From: a virus
DNA: 64,000 nt
IMG/VR virus record: IMGVR_UViG_3300046318_000491
Location: 1 to 64,000 of that record
Strand: one strand, 5' to 3'
Positions 51,267 through 60,726 of the stretch are shown here, in pieces. The notes beneath the pieces are model-generated. The model worked only from the letters and a program-made list of their open reading frames with translations. It ran no database searches and was not told the origin of the DNA. The first letter of the stretch is position 1. Each line of letters starts with the position of its first letter. Position numbers and translations under genes: made by a program.

Positions 51267-52628
51267 ATGAGCAAAAGAACTGGTAGACACTCCGCGCAGC
51301 AAAACGACTTTTTGCAGCCTAGTGCCGTAACTATAACTAACGCATATAACGTTGGCACTAACCGCCCGTATCTATTGACTGCCACTGGCACTAATGGTCA
51401 GGGTGGCGCTGTTGCACTAGTATGGACTCTACCGGGAGACTCACCTGCTGCTCTTAGCTATGACATAACATCTAGCCCAGCTACAGTCACAAAAAATACC
51501 ACTAGCCTACCAACAGGTGGATCTCCTTTTATTTTTGAAGGTCTAGCATCTGGTGTTTCATATACCTTTACTGTAATTGCAAAGAATAATGCTGGCAGCT
51601 CTCTGCCGACAACATCAGGATCAGTGGCTGTATCAACAGTTCCCGCAGCTCCAAGTGCCCCTACAGTACGAAGTGTCACAAACGAGCAGATTGACTATGT
51701 AACCATCACAGCTCCTTCAGCTAATGGTGGTTCTAATATTCTTGCAACCGCAGGCTATTCCTGGGAGAGCAATGATGGTAAATCAGGCAACCGTGACGCA
51801 ACTGGAGAATTTGCTGTTGGTCAGGAAGCAAATACATCTCAGCAATATCGAGTTAAAGCTAATAACTCCAACGGATCATCAGATTGGTCTGCCTATTCTG
51901 GTGCCGTAACCACCCCCCCTTACTTTCCTCCATACTTTCCACCTTACTTCCCTCCGTTCTTCCCTTACTTCCCTCCATACTTCCCACCTTACTTCCCACC
52001 GTTCTTCCCTTACTTCCCTCCGTTCTTCCCTTACTTCCCACCGTTCTTCCCGTTCTTCCCGTTCTTCCCACCGTTCTTCCCTTACTTCCCTCCGTTCTTC
52101 CCTTACTTCCCACCGTTCTTCCCGTTCTTCCCACCTCGCTTCGGATGTATTGAAGCAGAGACTTTGATCGAGACAGCCAACGGTCCTGTAGCGGCTAAGG
52201 ACTTGAAGGTAGGAGACACTATCCTCTCAATGTCACTAGAAGAGCTAGGCGCTGAGCAGATGACTCCTATCGAGTTCACTATCGGAGATAGCTTGACTTT
52301 CGGAGCTGAAGGCTTGGTTGACACTACAATCACCGCGATTGTAGAAAGTGTAAAGACTGGAATTGTCTACTTCAACGGCAAGAAGGAGTCTCGCTACTCT
52401 AGCCAGCAGCCAGTGTTTATTAAGTCAAACGGCGAATTCCACGTTCGTATGGCTGGAAACCTAGTAATTGGCGACACTCTAGTTCAGGTAAATGCCGATG
52501 GCACATACCAGGAAGAGATGATTACCGAGACAACCGTGCTACACGGCGAGTTCACCGTCTACCAGTTCACATGTTCCCCGCACCACTGGTTCATTGCTGG
52601 TGGGTATCTAGTCCACAACAAGCTCTAA
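51267..52628 (+). CDS. FN3-FN3 / Pro-Tyr-Phe repeat / Hint-domain protein
   Basis: YTFTVIAKNNAG and YRVKANNSNG FN3 ends; 74-aa P/Y/F tract; G|CIEAETLI...DLKVGD...VYQF...FIAGGYLVHN Hint motifs. Confidence 0.85.
   Translation: MSKRTGRHSAQQNDFLQPSAVTITNAYNVGTNRPYLLTATGTNGQGGAVALVWTLPGDSPAALSYDITSSPATVTKNTTSLPTGGSPFIFEGLASGVSYTFTVIAKNNAGSSLPTTSGSVAVSTVPAAPSAPTVRSVTNEQIDYVTITAPSANGGSNILATAGYSWESNDGKSGNRDATGEFAVGQEANTSQQYRVKANNSNGSSDWSAYSGAVTTPPYFPPYFPPYFPPFFPYFPPYFPPYFPPFFPYFPPFFPYFPPFFPFFPFFPPFFPYFPPFFPYFPPFFPFFPPRFGCIEAETLIETANGPVAAKDLKVGDTILSMSLEELGAEQMTPIEFTIGDSLTFGAEGLVDTTITAIVESVKTGIVYFNGKKESRYSSQQPVFIKSNGEFHVRMAGNLVIGDTLVQVNADGTYQEEMITETTVLHGEFTVYQFTCSPHHWFIAGGYLVHNKL
51915..52136 (+). repeat. 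Tandem PPYF/PPFF/PYF/PFF coding repeat (20 units plus PP)
   Basis: 12 tetramer and 8 trimer units; 34 Pro, 30 Phe, 10 Tyr. Confidence 0.97.
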
Positions 52629-52637
52629 AAATAAAAG

Positions 52638-52667
52638 AATAAGGCCCTACGGGGCCTTATTTTTTTT
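52638..52667 (+). terminator. Intrinsic terminator
   Basis: AATAAGGCCC-TACG-GGGCCTTATT followed by a T run. Confidence 0.85.
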
Positions 52668-52729
52668 GCCAAATTATACTATTAGTGCTAGACTCATTTA
52701 AGCCAGAGTAAAACCGACATGGGAGAATA

Positions 52730-53482
52730 ATGGATTCCAACCAAGGACAAAATGATTGGTTCACTAAAGACCGATCAGAAACAGCTAGTAATAGATCAGC
52801 TGATCGCCAGCTAGGGCCAATAAAGGTAGCAAATCCAGCCCTCGGCATCAATGTGTATAGCGGAGCCATAACTAAAGAGCAGGGTCAAGCATACATCCAA
52901 ATCTTAGAGTCTAAGCTGAACGGTCAAACCAGATACGAATGGCAGGGCGCACGAGTTACTTCATCTGATGAAGTCGCTCTATACGCCCGTAATGCCTTGG
53001 ACTTTAAAGTTAGTTCTAACAATCTAGGACTTAAAGACGCTGATAACGCGGAGCTTTATGACATTCACGAGCGAATATTTCAAGCGATTCGCCGCTGTGT
53101 AGACGACTACGGACGCATCTGGGGAGTCGGCATTGCGTCCTACGAGTCCTTCAACTTTGTAAAATATGACGGTCCTGGAACCCACTTCAAGATCCATGCT
53201 GACCACGGGCCTACTTACGTATGCACTATCTCAGTTTGCGTATATCTAAATGACGACTACGAAGGCGGGGAAATCCATTTCCCTAGGTTTGATGGCCTAA
53301 CTATTAAGCCAAAGGCCGGAGATATTGTAGTATTCCCCTCGACCTATATCTATGAACATGCATCTTTAGATATGGTTAGTGGCATTAAGTATGCAGTAGT
53401 AGTCATGACTGACTACAATGATCGTGATGGCGTGAACCATCGAGTATCGCCTACAATTCAAGCATACGAGCTTAAGTACTAA
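52730..53482 (+). CDS. Prolyl-4-hydroxylase-like 2OG-Fe(II) oxygenase (array 1/10)
   Basis: HAD...YLNDDYEGGE...HAS...KY. Confidence 0.9.
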   Translation: MDSNQGQNDWFTKDRSETASNRSADRQLGPIKVANPALGINVYSGAITKEQGQAYIQILESKLNGQTRYEWQGARVTSSDEVALYARNALDFKVSSNNLGLKDADNAELYDIHERIFQAIRRCVDDYGRIWGVGIASYESFNFVKYDGPGTHFKIHADHGPTYVCTISVCVYLNDDYEGGEIHFPRFDGLTIKPKAGDIVVFPSTYIYEHASLDMVSGIKYAVVVMTDYNDRDGVNHRVSPTIQAYELKY

Positions 53483-53483
53483 A

Positions 53484-54056
53484 TTGAGCAATAACATTAA
53501 GGTCTACGAGAATTTTGTTTCTGCGCAGGAAATAGATTTTCTACTGAGCTTTTTTATTGACTACAGTGATAACTTCGAGCTGATAAATAACTCAGTGAAT
53601 CTACTTGGATTTGGTCAAGACAATTTCCCAGCCTCCTCCCTGTTCAATAATCCTAATAGTTTTTCGGACATTCTTCCTCAGGAAAAAATTAAGTTTATAC
53701 AGGACTACTACAAACGTGTAGAAACTACAGTGGGCTCCGATATTGCTAAAGACATAAGCATGTCAGCACTATGGTTTGTGAAAACTATGGAAGGCGGGTT
53801 TCCGGAGCACGGCGATAATGAACCAGACGCCATCTATCAGTACGAGCAGACATGTATTTTATATCTAAACGACTGCGAGAATGGTGGAGAAATAGTGCTC
53901 CCGGAGTTCGACTACAGCTTTTTACCAAAAGCGGGATCCTTACTATCATTCCCAGCAAATTACGTACATGCAGTTCTACCCGTGTCTCACCCGAGGTATA
54001 CGATGCCTAGCTGGCTTACCGAGAATAAGGCATATTCTTTAGACAATTACGTATAA
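53484..54056 (+). CDS. Prolyl-4-hydroxylase-like 2OG-Fe(II) oxygenase (array 2/10)
   Basis: HGD...YLNDCENGGE...HAV...RY. Confidence 0.87.
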   Translation: MSNNIKVYENFVSAQEIDFLLSFFIDYSDNFELINNSVNLLGFGQDNFPASSLFNNPNSFSDILPQEKIKFIQDYYKRVETTVGSDIAKDISMSALWFVKTMEGGFPEHGDNEPDAIYQYEQTCILYLNDCENGGEIVLPEFDYSFLPKAGSLLSFPANYVHAVLPVSHPRYTMPSWLTENKAYSLDNYV

Positions 54057-54151
54057 ATACCAGGTATTTAGTGAATAATTTTTAGTTTTAGTGTAGAGTT
54101 AAGCCATAAATAGGTTTAACCTATAGCTGACCATAGCGATAGAAGGAACAT

Positions 54152-54901
54152 ATGGAACCGGAACACATTAGCGGGCCTGATGAAGAAATGCAAAAGCAGA
54201 TGGACGATCACAATGTCCGCCTTAAGGCTTGGTACACCATAGATGAGCAAACTTGGAGTTCTGCCGAAGAGGTATCCCCTGGAACCGGCATATGGGTTTA
54301 TCATGATGTTCTACCAAAGAGCCTAAATATCATTGACCGTTTAGAGAATGTTTTGAATGATGAAACTAACTCATACAACTACGCTGATGCAATGGTGGGA
54401 TACGGCATTAAGATGCCGGAATATCGAGACTGCTTCGATTTTAAATACAAGAAAAGCGATATTGCAGAGGATCAAAGTGAAGCAGGGCTAGCCCTTCACT
54501 CTTTAGCCGACGACACTTACTCCCGCCAGGTGCAAGCTGTAAAGCACTACACAAAGCACTACAATATCGGCGAACTACGCTACTGGGAAGCAACTAACTA
54601 CATTAAGTACGGCCCGGGTCAGCATTTCCAGGAACACCATGACCACGGGTTCTCTTACAACTGCGTAGTCTCTATTGTAGCTTTCCCTAATGATGATTAC
54701 GAAGGCGGGGAATTATACTTCCGACTACATAATGTAACCATTAAGCCAAAGGCTGGTGACATCTACGTATTCCCTTCAAACTTTATGTATCCACACCGGG
54801 CTATGCCTGTCAAGTCTGGTACAAAGTATTCAATGGTTACAATGCTCGACTACTCGGATAAGTATCACAAGCCGGGATTCTATGAAGAAACTGGAAGTTA
54901 A
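54152..54901 (+). CDS. Prolyl-4-hydroxylase-like 2OG-Fe(II) oxygenase (array 3/10)
   Basis: HHD...NDDYEGGE...HRA...KY. Confidence 0.9.
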   Translation: MEPEHISGPDEEMQKQMDDHNVRLKAWYTIDEQTWSSAEEVSPGTGIWVYHDVLPKSLNIIDRLENVLNDETNSYNYADAMVGYGIKMPEYRDCFDFKYKKSDIAEDQSEAGLALHSLADDTYSRQVQAVKHYTKHYNIGELRYWEATNYIKYGPGQHFQEHHDHGFSYNCVVSIVAFPNDDYEGGELYFRLHNVTIKPKAGDIYVFPSNFMYPHRAMPVKSGTKYSMVTMLDYSDKYHKPGFYEETGS

Positions 54902-55656
54902 TGAGTTCGATTAAGGTCTACAAAGGCTACCCAAACACTGCCACAGTAGCGCCGCTACCGGCAGCCCGCGACTGGATGGATAAGTCTCATGACAAGCACG
55001 CCTACATGTGCTTCCCAATGGCACTAACCAACCGTCTTGGCTGGGGCATTTCATTCCCTGAAGATATTGTTTTTATCTGGGATGGCATTGATGATACGAC
55101 TCCAGACCACGTTAAGGTTTTAAAGGGTCAAGAGTGGGCAAACTCAAAGCGCGGTAACGCCACGCTTAGCTTCGAGACAGGTCTTATTTTTAAGACAGAC
55201 CCAGACGTGACGTTGTTAACTATGCCCGTCCCAAACCAGTTCATTGCTGGTACACAGTGTTTTACCACTCTGATCAGTACGTCGTTCTATATGCCACCGC
55301 TTCCAATTGCCTGGAAGCTGACAGAGGCTAACAAAGAAATTACAATCCCCGCTGGTACGCCTGTTGCAGCACTGCTCCCTATTTCACTAGGCCACCTAGA
55401 GAATGATTACGTTATGGAGCTTAACAAGGAGATCTTAGACAACTCGTACTGGCAGGAGTTGCAGAAATACGGTGATGCAGCTCAGGCTAAAAATGCAATA
55501 GGCGACTGGTCCAAGATGTACCGAGACGCCGTTGACTACAAAGGAGATAAAGTGGGAGCCCACGAAACTAAATCAATCAAGCTTAAGACTGTGACATGCC
55601 CGTTCACCGGTCAAACCTATGAAGTAGAGGATGACTCGGTTGAGCCTAACGAATAA
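54901..55656 (+). CDS. DUF6065-like protein
   Basis: P....RDWMD.....HAY.C.PM...N..GW; PVPN; no HxD...H oxygenase motif. Confidence 0.65.
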   Translation: MSSIKVYKGYPNTATVAPLPAARDWMDKSHDKHAYMCFPMALTNRLGWGISFPEDIVFIWDGIDDTTPDHVKVLKGQEWANSKRGNATLSFETGLIFKTDPDVTLLTMPVPNQFIAGTQCFTTLISTSFYMPPLPIAWKLTEANKEITIPAGTPVAALLPISLGHLENDYVMELNKEILDNSYWQELQKYGDAAQAKNAIGDWSKMYRDAVDYKGDKVGAHETKSIKLKTVTCPFTGQTYEVEDDSVEPNE

Positions 55657-56380
55657 GATTAAGTTTGTCATGAATAGGCCTTGGCTGACAAAAGACAGTC
55701 CGTCAGCACCAGGGCCAACCATTAAAACTATTCCTGACTGGTATCGCAAGGCGGATAGATTTGCTATTAATCCCCACACTAACGAGCCCTGGATCAATCC
55801 TCAGGATGGCGGAAAGGTCCCTACTTGGAAGGCTTGTCCAGCAGTCTTTGACATCATGGGAACCGGATACGTCTACAAGACCCCGTGCGATGTAGAAGTT
55901 TACGAAGAAAATGGCGAGATCAAGATCAAGATAGAAGATCAGTACAACAAGGATTTTGTTGGAGATCGCATGCCTATGCCTCAGTTTGTTCCGCCTCAGG
56001 GGTACCACGAAAAGCACTTTGCATGGTGGTCTGACTGGGCAGTAGTACTGCCAGAAGGGTATAGTGCTCTGTATACTCAACCATTTAATAGGTTTGAGCT
56101 GCCATTTCTAACAACCAGCGGTATTATTGACAATGATAAGGTCCACCTTCCTGGAACTATGCCCTTTTTTATTGTCAAGGGATTTACAGGGGTAATCCCG
56201 GCAGGAACTCCTTATGCTCAGATTCTCCCTTTTAAGCGTGAAGACTGGACATCAGAACTACAGACAAACATCAGCTACGAGCAGATGATGAAGAACAACA
56301 TGGAAAACAGTAATAAATATCGAGTACCTAATGGTGGCGTCTACCAGAAGGAAGTATGGACTCGCCGAGTCTACGAGTAA
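55631..56380 (+). CDS. DUF6065-related protein
   Basis: PDWY...TWKACP...D....GY...P.GYS.L...P.N...PF...GIID.D...IPAGTP.AQI.PFKRE.W; shares IPAGTP with the upstream gene. Confidence 0.6.
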   Translation: MTRLSLTNKIKFVMNRPWLTKDSPSAPGPTIKTIPDWYRKADRFAINPHTNEPWINPQDGGKVPTWKACPAVFDIMGTGYVYKTPCDVEVYEENGEIKIKIEDQYNKDFVGDRMPMPQFVPPQGYHEKHFAWWSDWAVVLPEGYSALYTQPFNRFELPFLTTSGIIDNDKVHLPGTMPFFIVKGFTGVIPAGTPYAQILPFKREDWTSELQTNISYEQMMKNNMENSNKYRVPNGGVYQKEVWTRRVYE

Positions 56381-56394
56381 GGTAGGATAGCAAT

Positions 56395-57069
56395 ATGACC
56401 GAACAAGAATTAGCTAACAGCCACCGCGGAGCACCTCGCGTCTCTATCACCCCTTCGGGGTATTATGGTGATTCACCGGACAATATTGTCACACTAGAAA
56501 ACTTCATGACTGAAGAAGAGATCGTGGCTCTAGATACTTTTATCCGTAGTAACACGGAGTGGGACGTCACTGAAACTCACTATAACGAAGAGGGTACAGT
56601 AATTTATGACTCGGATTACTGGAAGGATCGAGTAGCAACTTACACGACTATCGATCGGGTAGACCCAGAAATCCCTGCAATTATTGAGGGTATGGTCGAG
56701 CGACTAAAGGTAGAAGTAGATAAATTTTTTAAGGTAGATGCTATGCCTACCAGTCCAGCATTGGTCCGCTGGCTTCCGGGAATGCTGCAGCAGCCTCACG
56801 CTGATAAAGAGCTGCACCAAGGAAACGATAGAGGCAAGCCAAATGACTTTCCATACTATGACCTAGCAGGCCTTTTTTATATCAATGATGACTATGAGGG
56901 GGGCGAGTTGTATTTCCCTAATCAAGGGATTCAGTTTAAGCCTAAGCGCGGAGCTGCCTACTTCTTTCCTGGAGATTTAAATTATATTCATGGTGTAACC
57001 GAGATTACCTCTGGAACTAGATATACTTGCCCATTTTTCTGGACAATTGTAAAGCATGTCGACGCTTGA
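56395..57069 (+). CDS. Prolyl-4-hydroxylase-like 2OG-Fe(II) oxygenase (array 4/10)
   Basis: HAD...YINDDYEGGE...HGV...RY; TAGGAT 6 nt before the ATG. Confidence 0.9.
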   Translation: MTEQELANSHRGAPRVSITPSGYYGDSPDNIVTLENFMTEEEIVALDTFIRSNTEWDVTETHYNEEGTVIYDSDYWKDRVATYTTIDRVDPEIPAIIEGMVERLKVEVDKFFKVDAMPTSPALVRWLPGMLQQPHADKELHQGNDRGKPNDFPYYDLAGLFYINDDYEGGELYFPNQGIQFKPKRGAAYFFPGDLNYIHGVTEITSGTRYTCPFFWTIVKHVDA

Positions 57070-57688
57070 ACCATATGAGATAGCCCCCCTGGTTTTTGTA
57101 TATCCAGGGGTCTATAAAGACGCGCCCACTCTAGTAGATGCACTAGAAAATGGACCAAAAGGGATCAACTACTCGATTTACGACTGGGAGCCATGGGAAG
57201 GTAGAGGCAAGCATGCCACTATAAACCCAGGGCTGCAAGTCAAACTAGAAGAAGACGACAATGTTTTTGATGCGGTCAGATCTTTCGTTTCGGCGTATGA
57301 TGAAATTTTTGCTGATTATATTTCTAGAAAAAACATACAATTAAGCGGTCCAGTGATGTCTAATATTGCATGCAATTATTATGAAGAGGGAGCATCCATG
57401 GGGTTTCATACCGATTCCGATCCTGAAGACGAGCAAGCTCCTTACTACTCCATTACAGTAAATTGCTACCTAAATGATGACTACGAGGGCGGAGACTTAG
57501 TCTTTAACCTCTCTACTGAAGAAAACGCAGAGACTGTTAGATACACACCAAAAGCTGGCGACTTTGTTGTCATCCCCGCCTCACCGCCATATTTACACAA
57601 ATCTGAAAAAATTATCTCTGGTAAAAAGTATTTTTCGCACCGAGTAGTGACTGAAGATAAAAAGCCAATATGGCAGTTAGGAGTCTAG
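57056..57688 (+). CDS. Prolyl-4-hydroxylase-like 2OG-Fe(II) oxygenase (array 5/10)
   Basis: HTD...YLNDDYEGGD...HKS...KY. Confidence 0.9.
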   Translation: MSTLEPYEIAPLVFVYPGVYKDAPTLVDALENGPKGINYSIYDWEPWEGRGKHATINPGLQVKLEEDDNVFDAVRSFVSAYDEIFADYISRKNIQLSGPVMSNIACNYYEEGASMGFHTDSDPEDEQAPYYSITVNCYLNDDYEGGDLVFNLSTEENAETVRYTPKAGDFVVIPASPPYLHKSEKIISGKKYFSHRVVTEDKKPIWQLGV

Positions 57689-58453
57689 GTGGATATCAAG
57701 GTTTTATATCCAAAGATCCATATCTACAGTGGACTTCTTGGTGACTCTCAGGAGTTAATAGCCACCCTACGCGACGTATACGATTGGAGCGGTTGGTATA
57801 CTTTTGGAGATCTAGCAGTAGTGCAGATAGATCGTCGAAATTTTGATACGTTTCCCTCGCGTGAAGACTGGGACCTGGTAGAGCAATCTATTGAAAAGCC
57901 AAACGCAGCTGCCTCTTCTATTATCAATGCTTTCTACAGTGCCACTAGCCACTATGTAGATGTCAACAACGTTAGCCCAGTTAGCTGGAACTTTAACTCT
58001 CCAGCTGTCTGCATGTATAACACTAATGCCGGGGCGTCTGAAGACGTTGCTATGCACTACCACACTGACTTCCAGCAAGAAAAAAGAGATGAACCAGGGT
58101 TTAAGCCTTACATCACCTGCACTATGTACCTAAATGACGATTATGAAGGTGGAGAGATCGAGTTTAAAGTACTACAGTCAGATGGCTCATTCGATCGCGT
58201 CTCATATAAGCCAAAAGCAGGGGATATTTTAGTTTTCCCTTCCGATGAACCGTACTACCACGGAGTAAATCTAACCACCAAGGGTAAAAAGTACTTTGTA
58301 CGGTCTTTCTGGGACTACTACTTCCCGGGAACTGAAGAGTGGCACGAGGGTTTAAAAACCTACGGAGAAGAGACTTGGCTTAAAATGGAACAGGATCGCG
58401 AAAAAGCCGAAAGAACTACTGGACGCTACAACCTAATGAATAGGGGTAACTAA
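57689..58453 (+). CDS. Prolyl-4-hydroxylase-like 2OG-Fe(II) oxygenase (array 6/10)
   Basis: HTD...YLNDDYEGGE...HGV...KY. Confidence 0.9.
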   Translation: MDIKVLYPKIHIYSGLLGDSQELIATLRDVYDWSGWYTFGDLAVVQIDRRNFDTFPSREDWDLVEQSIEKPNAAASSIINAFYSATSHYVDVNNVSPVSWNFNSPAVCMYNTNAGASEDVAMHYHTDFQQEKRDEPGFKPYITCTMYLNDDYEGGEIEFKVLQSDGSFDRVSYKPKAGDILVFPSDEPYYHGVNLTTKGKKYFVRSFWDYYFPGTEEWHEGLKTYGEETWLKMEQDREKAERTTGRYNLMNRGN

Positions 58454-59178
58454 TGTTTGATTCAATAGACGCCTCTACCTTTATTTACTACAAAGATGAA
58501 GAGAATACTCTTTCTAAACTAGGCGTTACTAAGAACAGAATTGTTGAAGTCCCTAACTTCATAGACGCTGATACTGCTAAAAAGTTAGTTGACTACTTTG
58601 ATAATGGCCCGGAGACCTGGGATTTTATAGCCTTCTACCATTCATACGGGATGGGCCTTAACCCCGACCCTAAGGAATTAGCTGTATTTGATCTCGATCC
58701 AAACGTATTTGACAAAATAAACGCCGGAACTAAGACTTTAGTCGAGCTCATATTCGAGCAGAGGGTTAAAGCAAATACGGCTCATGCTCAGAAATGGGTA
58801 GAAGGCGGTTTTGCAAATCCGCACTCGGACAATTCAGATGAAGATGGTAACCCCACCGCGTTTGAGATAAACAAATACGTAGCTATTTTGTACTTAAATG
58901 ATAGCTATGAAGGCGGAGAACTCTACTTCCCTGAGCACGGTCTAGAGATCAGACCAAATAAGTACTCTTTATATGTTTTACCTGGGGGGATAGAGAATAT
59001 ACATGGAGTGCGCGAGATACTTTCTGGGGAAAGGCATACCATGCTCTCTTTCTGGGACTTTGCAGACGCTGAATACTCAGAGGAGCGCAAGGCTGAATGG
59101 GCTGCCGAGCTCAAAGAAGTCAGAGCCTCACAGGCGGAGCAGCGTATAGAATGGAAGAATGGAAATAAATATGTTTAA
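58453..59178 (+). CDS. Prolyl-4-hydroxylase-like 2OG-Fe(II) oxygenase (array 7/10)
   Basis: HSD...YLNDSYEGGE...HGV...RH. Confidence 0.9.
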   Translation: MFDSIDASTFIYYKDEENTLSKLGVTKNRIVEVPNFIDADTAKKLVDYFDNGPETWDFIAFYHSYGMGLNPDPKELAVFDLDPNVFDKINAGTKTLVELIFEQRVKANTAHAQKWVEGGFANPHSDNSDEDGNPTAFEINKYVAILYLNDSYEGGELYFPEHGLEIRPNKYSLYVLPGGIENIHGVREILSGERHTMLSFWDFADAEYSEERKAEWAAELKEVRASQAEQRIEWKNGNKYV

Positions 59179-59986
59179 TTCAGAAGAACTACTGACAGAT
59201 CTGCCCACTCCAACGGAGATCTATCCGCGCATATTTGTGTACAAAGCAGCATTTAAAAACCCGCTAGAGTTTATTGAAAAAGTAAAGCAACTGCCTACAT
59301 GGCAGTCTTGGTGGACTTTCGGAGATATGGCTAGCGTCCCCGGAATCGAATATACCAAGTTTGACACTAAGCCTACCTACGAAGAGTGGGAGGCATTTAT
59401 TGCTGGATACGTGGAAGATACAAAAGGCAAGCCGGGCTGGGACTTATCTCCTTATGTAGATAAGTTATTCTACAAGGCTACAGAAGATCACATGAAGAAG
59501 TATCCTCTAGAGATACCCAACTGGTCCCACCAAAAGCCATCTATTGCAAAATACGTAGCCCTAGGCGGGGTAGATGATGACAAATACTCCATGCACTACC
59601 ACACTGACTTCCAGCGAGAAAAGGCTGATGCCCCAGGGCTTAAGTATGCCCTAACCTGTACTATGTATTTAAATGATGACTACGAGGGCGGGGAGCTTAC
59701 GTTTAAGATAGCAAACGGCTCGGGCGGTTTCGACACTATTGACTACAAGCCAGGGGCTGGCGACGTAGTGGTTTTTCCTTCGGTAGAGCCGTACTTCCAT
59801 GGAGTGAAGCAGATTACCTCGGGAGATCGATACTTTATTAGGACTTTTTGGACCAGTGAATTTGCTGGCACCCCTGAGTGGCTTGCAAATCAAGAAAAGT
59901 ATGGTAAAGAAGTTTGGGCTCAGATGGAGAAAGAGCGCGAGAGCGCCTTCAGACGCGGCGAGTCCACAGACATATACAATGATTAG
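59159..59986 (+). CDS. Prolyl-4-hydroxylase-like 2OG-Fe(II) oxygenase (array 8/10)
   Basis: HTD...YLNDDYEGGE...HGV...RY; start may be 59171. Confidence 0.9.
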   Translation: MEINMFNSEELLTDLPTPTEIYPRIFVYKAAFKNPLEFIEKVKQLPTWQSWWTFGDMASVPGIEYTKFDTKPTYEEWEAFIAGYVEDTKGKPGWDLSPYVDKLFYKATEDHMKKYPLEIPNWSHQKPSIAKYVALGGVDDDKYSMHYHTDFQREKADAPGLKYALTCTMYLNDDYEGGELTFKIANGSGGFDTIDYKPGAGDVVVFPSVEPYFHGVKQITSGDRYFIRTFWTSEFAGTPEWLANQEKYGKEVWAQMEKERESAFRRGESTDIYND

Positions 59987-60026
59987 CGAGTATACTTATA
60001 TTCTAACTATTAAGAATGGGTTATAA

Positions 60027-60710
60027 ATGTTTCCAGAACCAGTATGGCTTAAGGATGACGTTGTCACGTTCCCAGGATTTTTAGATCCTGAAGAGTGCCA
60101 GAAAATTATCGACTTCTTTGAAGATCAAGGTAAAGAGTATTGGATGCAGACATGCTTCTATGACTCCCTTGGTATGGCTCTCGTCTCGGACGTTGATGCG
60201 CTAGAACGCTCGGGCCTAGAGGACATCCATAAAGACTACTTCCGCTGGCTACCAGAGCACATTCGTGCTGCAGTGGAGTTGGCATACGACCGAGGAATTA
60301 AGCTAAACAGTGCTCATGCTCAGAAGTGGCCTAAGGGCGCTTTCGCTCGCTGGCACTCAGACAGCTCGGACATTGACGGCAACCCAACCGCGTGGCGCGA
60401 CAACAAGTTTGCTAGTGTTCTTTACCTAAATGACAACTATGAAGGCGGAGAGCTAGAGTTCCGTGACCACAACCTAAGCGTAAAGCTTCCTCAGGGTAGT
60501 TTGATTGCTTTTCCAGGTGGAGTAGAGAATATCCACCGCATCAACGAAATTATGGATGGCACAAGATTCACCATCGTAGGTTTCTGGGACTACATCGACT
60601 CTGTCTATACAGAAGAAGAATTGGCTCAACGCGAGGCCGAAATCGCTTATGAGCGAACTCGCCAGGATGAGCAAAAGCGCCAGTGGGCTGCCGGTAATAA
60701 AAACGCCTAA
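60027..60710 (+). CDS. Prolyl-4-hydroxylase-like 2OG-Fe(II) oxygenase (array 9/10)
   Basis: HSD...YLNDNYEGGE...HRI...RF. Confidence 0.9.
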   Translation: MFPEPVWLKDDVVTFPGFLDPEECQKIIDFFEDQGKEYWMQTCFYDSLGMALVSDVDALERSGLEDIHKDYFRWLPEHIRAAVELAYDRGIKLNSAHAQKWPKGAFARWHSDSSDIDGNPTAWRDNKFASVLYLNDNYEGGELEFRDHNLSVKLPQGSLIAFPGGVENIHRINEIMDGTRFTIVGFWDYIDSVYTEEELAQREAEIAYERTRQDEQKRQWAAGNKNA

Positions 60711-60726
60711 TTAGCTTGGGAGAGCC

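Noticed and set aside
52146-52628. Canonical protein-splicing intein
   Set aside because: The residue after HN is Lys with only a 2-aa C-extein and no endonuclease domain; treated as a Hint/BIL-type domain instead.
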